The notes beneath the pieces were generated by a model. It had not been told where the DNA came from. It ran no database searches and worked only from the letters and a program-made list of their open reading frames with translations. A stretch of DNA of 62,046 bases from Octopus bimaculoides (Eukaryota): positions 113,201,383 to 113,263,428 of the forward strand of contig NC_068981.1 of assembly GCF_001194135.2 (NCBI RefSeq), written 5' to 3'. This document shows positions 59,600-62,046 of the stretch, piece after piece. Within the stretch, counting starts at the first letter, position 1. Every line of letters begins with the position of its first letter. The translations under genes were made by a program, and so were the position numbers.

Positions 59600-60750
59600 C
59601 CTAAATCAGTTACTTGTTAATTTCTCTATTTGAGAGACTCACAAAGACCTGGACAACCATTCTCACTTTTACAAATGAGAGGGGAATGATCATCTCCAAT
59701 GTTACATTTCAAAGGGAATATTCCTTCTGTAACTCTTCATTTTGGCATTAAATCCATTATCATTCTTGCTACAAGAAATGAATGGCTACATGCCAGGGTC
59801 TACAACAGCTAGAAATATCAACATAACTTATAATTTGCTAAAAATGGTAAAAATGCCAAAAATCAGCAAGAGTTAAAGATTTCAGCTGGTATCGGAATGA
59901 AATTTGGCCAAAGAAATGTTAGTATTTGATTGTTGAATGTAAAAAATCTGTCCTCTCTTGGACCTTAAACCTGTGCACCAACTGTCTCAGTATTTCTCCT
60001 GTTCCACACAAAGAATACTACAAATACTTAGGCATTAATGAAGACATCAGATGAGGGTGCTGTAAATAAAAATAGAGATCTGACAGTATTACGCCAGACT
60101 TAGAAAAATATGGCAGTCAGGACTTTCTTCTTACAAGACAGTATCCCACAATGCATTCACTGTACCAGTGTTGATTCCTAAATGTGGGAAACTTTCCCAA
60201 ATGTGGGAAAGTCTGTAGAGGAAATCCATTTCATAGACATTAAAACCTGCAAAACTCTGACATCAACTGAAAACTTCGACAGAGTCTACTTAGGAAGAGA
60301 TGAAGGAGATAAAGGTTTGAGTGCAGAGAGCCTTTAGATGCTGTATAATCTCTCTCAGACAGCATCTGCTAAACAGCAGCGGTAAAAATAAATACATAAA
60401 CTTAGTGCTGGAAAGCGAAGAGAACACTATCCCACAGTGAGCTCCTCAGGAAGTACTCTCTACCTTATGTCCTCCCATACAACGCCAAAACAACTGGGCT
60501 AACTAACATACCTCAAAGAAAACCTGGATGTAAAATGCTCGACATACCAAAACTAAACTATGCACGGATATGTTTCTCGAGGACTCAAAGAAGACAGTAA
60601 TATCAACATGAATCACAGCTTCTCTTAGACTCAGGACTGATACAGCACATCACACTAATGCATTTGTAATCCCAGAACAGGTGATTGCTAGAAAATGCCT
60701 AATAAGCAAAAGAGACAGTGAAGCCCTTGGAGCTCCAATATGCAACTGAA
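59600..60750 (+). mobile_element. Degraded RLE-type LINE RT fragment, likely the same family as 45010-46880
   Basis: FSAGIGMKFGQR.., EYYKYLGINE, HNAFTVPVL, EEIHFIDIKT, DRVYLGRDEGDKGL. Confidence 0.65.
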
Positions 60751-60930
60751 AATATAGATTACGTCATATTTCTGTGGAAGACCTTACACATGTGATTAGA
60801 AGCTCCCAAAATATAACCAAGATACTACTTCACTATGCGACATAATATAGTTGATAAAACAATATACAATGCTATTCGGAAAAAAAGATTGTCCTGCAAT
60901 AAATATAGAAAATCTCCCTTTTATTGTATA

Positions 60931-61950
60931 CTAGCAGTATAACCCGACGTTGTCCGGGTGTGACTTATTACACCATCTACGATAAGTCTTGCTAGGTGAA
61001 AATCCACTAAAAAAGAAAGCCTTACAACGAAAAAACCCTTATGATGTAAATATATTCATAATTCAAAGGACGCTGAAATTAATAGGGAAAGTCTGAAGGC
61101 TGTTTTGCGTAAAATTATTAAGTGTACGTAAATTTCATCCATCTAATTGGCTATACAAATGCTTGTGCAAAACAACTTTTTGCGCTGCCTTGATTATACA
61201 TAGCAGGGTAATTCCTTTTCGCAGGAGGTAGAACGGCAATTTCTGATGAAGCAATTGCTGGCTATCTGTTGCTACACAGTTCTGCCAGAATTCTATCAGA
61301 TTGGGCAGTAGATGTTGATGCACCATTTTGCATTATGTTTAAAGTAGCTTCTGGAATGTGGTGAACTGCTGCAGTCTGTTGCTATCTTTTAAACCGGTTG
61401 CTTTCTTTCCCCCAGCAAGCTCTCTTCTTTGGAGGCATAATCTATGTACATATTATACAGTACAACAAAAGTTATAGCAGATGGCAGGGTCGGTAGTTTT
61501 CACATTTCGGTAATCTTTCAGTTTAACTAACACCTGCACGATTACGTAACGCTAACCCTAAAACCCTAACCCTGACCCAAAAACCATAACTTTAACACCC
61601 TAATGAAAATCGTGCAGGTGTTAATCTGAAAAATTACCCACATTTGTAATGAAGTTCACTGATTTGCAATGTGTTGTCCATAAGCTCCGTAGTTTGTATA
61701 TTTACAAAACATTGACGAACATGAGTTATCTTGTAGTGAATGCTTGTGTGTACGTGCGCGTGTATGCGTTTGAGAGAGCAAGAGAGAAGAGGGAGAGAGG
61801 AAAAGAGAGAGAGAGGGGGAGAAAGGAATAGGGAACGGGAGCAATGAAGAGAGAGAAAGAGAGGAAAGGAGAATGGAAGACAGTTATAAAATAGCAATGC
61901 GTGCACATGTTTATATAAGAAACACACAGAAACTAAATCTTATATCTATA
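60931..61950 (-). mobile_element. Non-autonomous Helitron
   Basis: A|CTAG at 60931-34 with hairpin cccgacgttgtccggg (60943-58); likely other end cacacagaaac..ttatatcta at about 61950. Confidence 0.65.
61509..61638. mobile_element. 130-bp MITE (Merlin-like) with an internal degenerate telomeric repeat
   Basis: TIRs start GGTAAT and include a perfect 16-bp IR taacacctgcacgatt (61528-43 / 61608-23); 8-bp TSD cacatttc / cacatttg; interior of (C)CCTAA variants. Confidence 0.75.
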
Positions 61951-62046
61951 ATGTTGATGTTTGTATGTGTTTATATGTATGTTGTTGTCACAGATCACGT
62001 ATGTGTGGTTGTGTGTGTTTTTTACGTTTCTATGTTATGAAAAATA

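Noticed and set aside
44777-62046. Next dynein exon (expected to start with a VDDLK-like sequence)
   Set aside because: No matching frame or splice context found; it probably lies beyond the window, though a short exon could be missed by eye.

Overview
AT-rich animal genomic scaffold with N-gaps. It is probably a cephalopod such as Octopus; this is inferred from the (GAT)n-tailed RTE/SINE families and not proven. The only host gene is an axonemal outer-arm (beta-type, DNAH9/DNAH17/DNAH11 family) dynein heavy chain on the + strand. Four exons (5051-5408, 17525-17790, 44149-44310, 44543-44776) splice in frame to 340 codons covering AAA4 up to the start of the stalk. The rest is intron packed with transposon relics: Helitrons (coding and non-autonomous), a Helentron/HINE-like element, mariner, Tigger/pogo, RTE, L1/Tx1, Penelope, RLE-type (R4/Dong-like) LINEs, tRNA-derived SINEs, a Merlin-like MITE and many micro/minisatellites. 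The main observations are: (i) a 62-bp RTE 3'-UTR minisatellite with a conserved stem and variable loop; (ii) an uninterrupted Dong-like fragment inside a (TAA)n tract; (iii) two telomeric-repeat associations with transposons; (iv) a precise triple-nested insertion; (v) mosaic identity between two RTE copies. No prokaryotic system or CRISPR array is present. All identities were read by eye without database searches, and boundaries of degraded elements are approximate.
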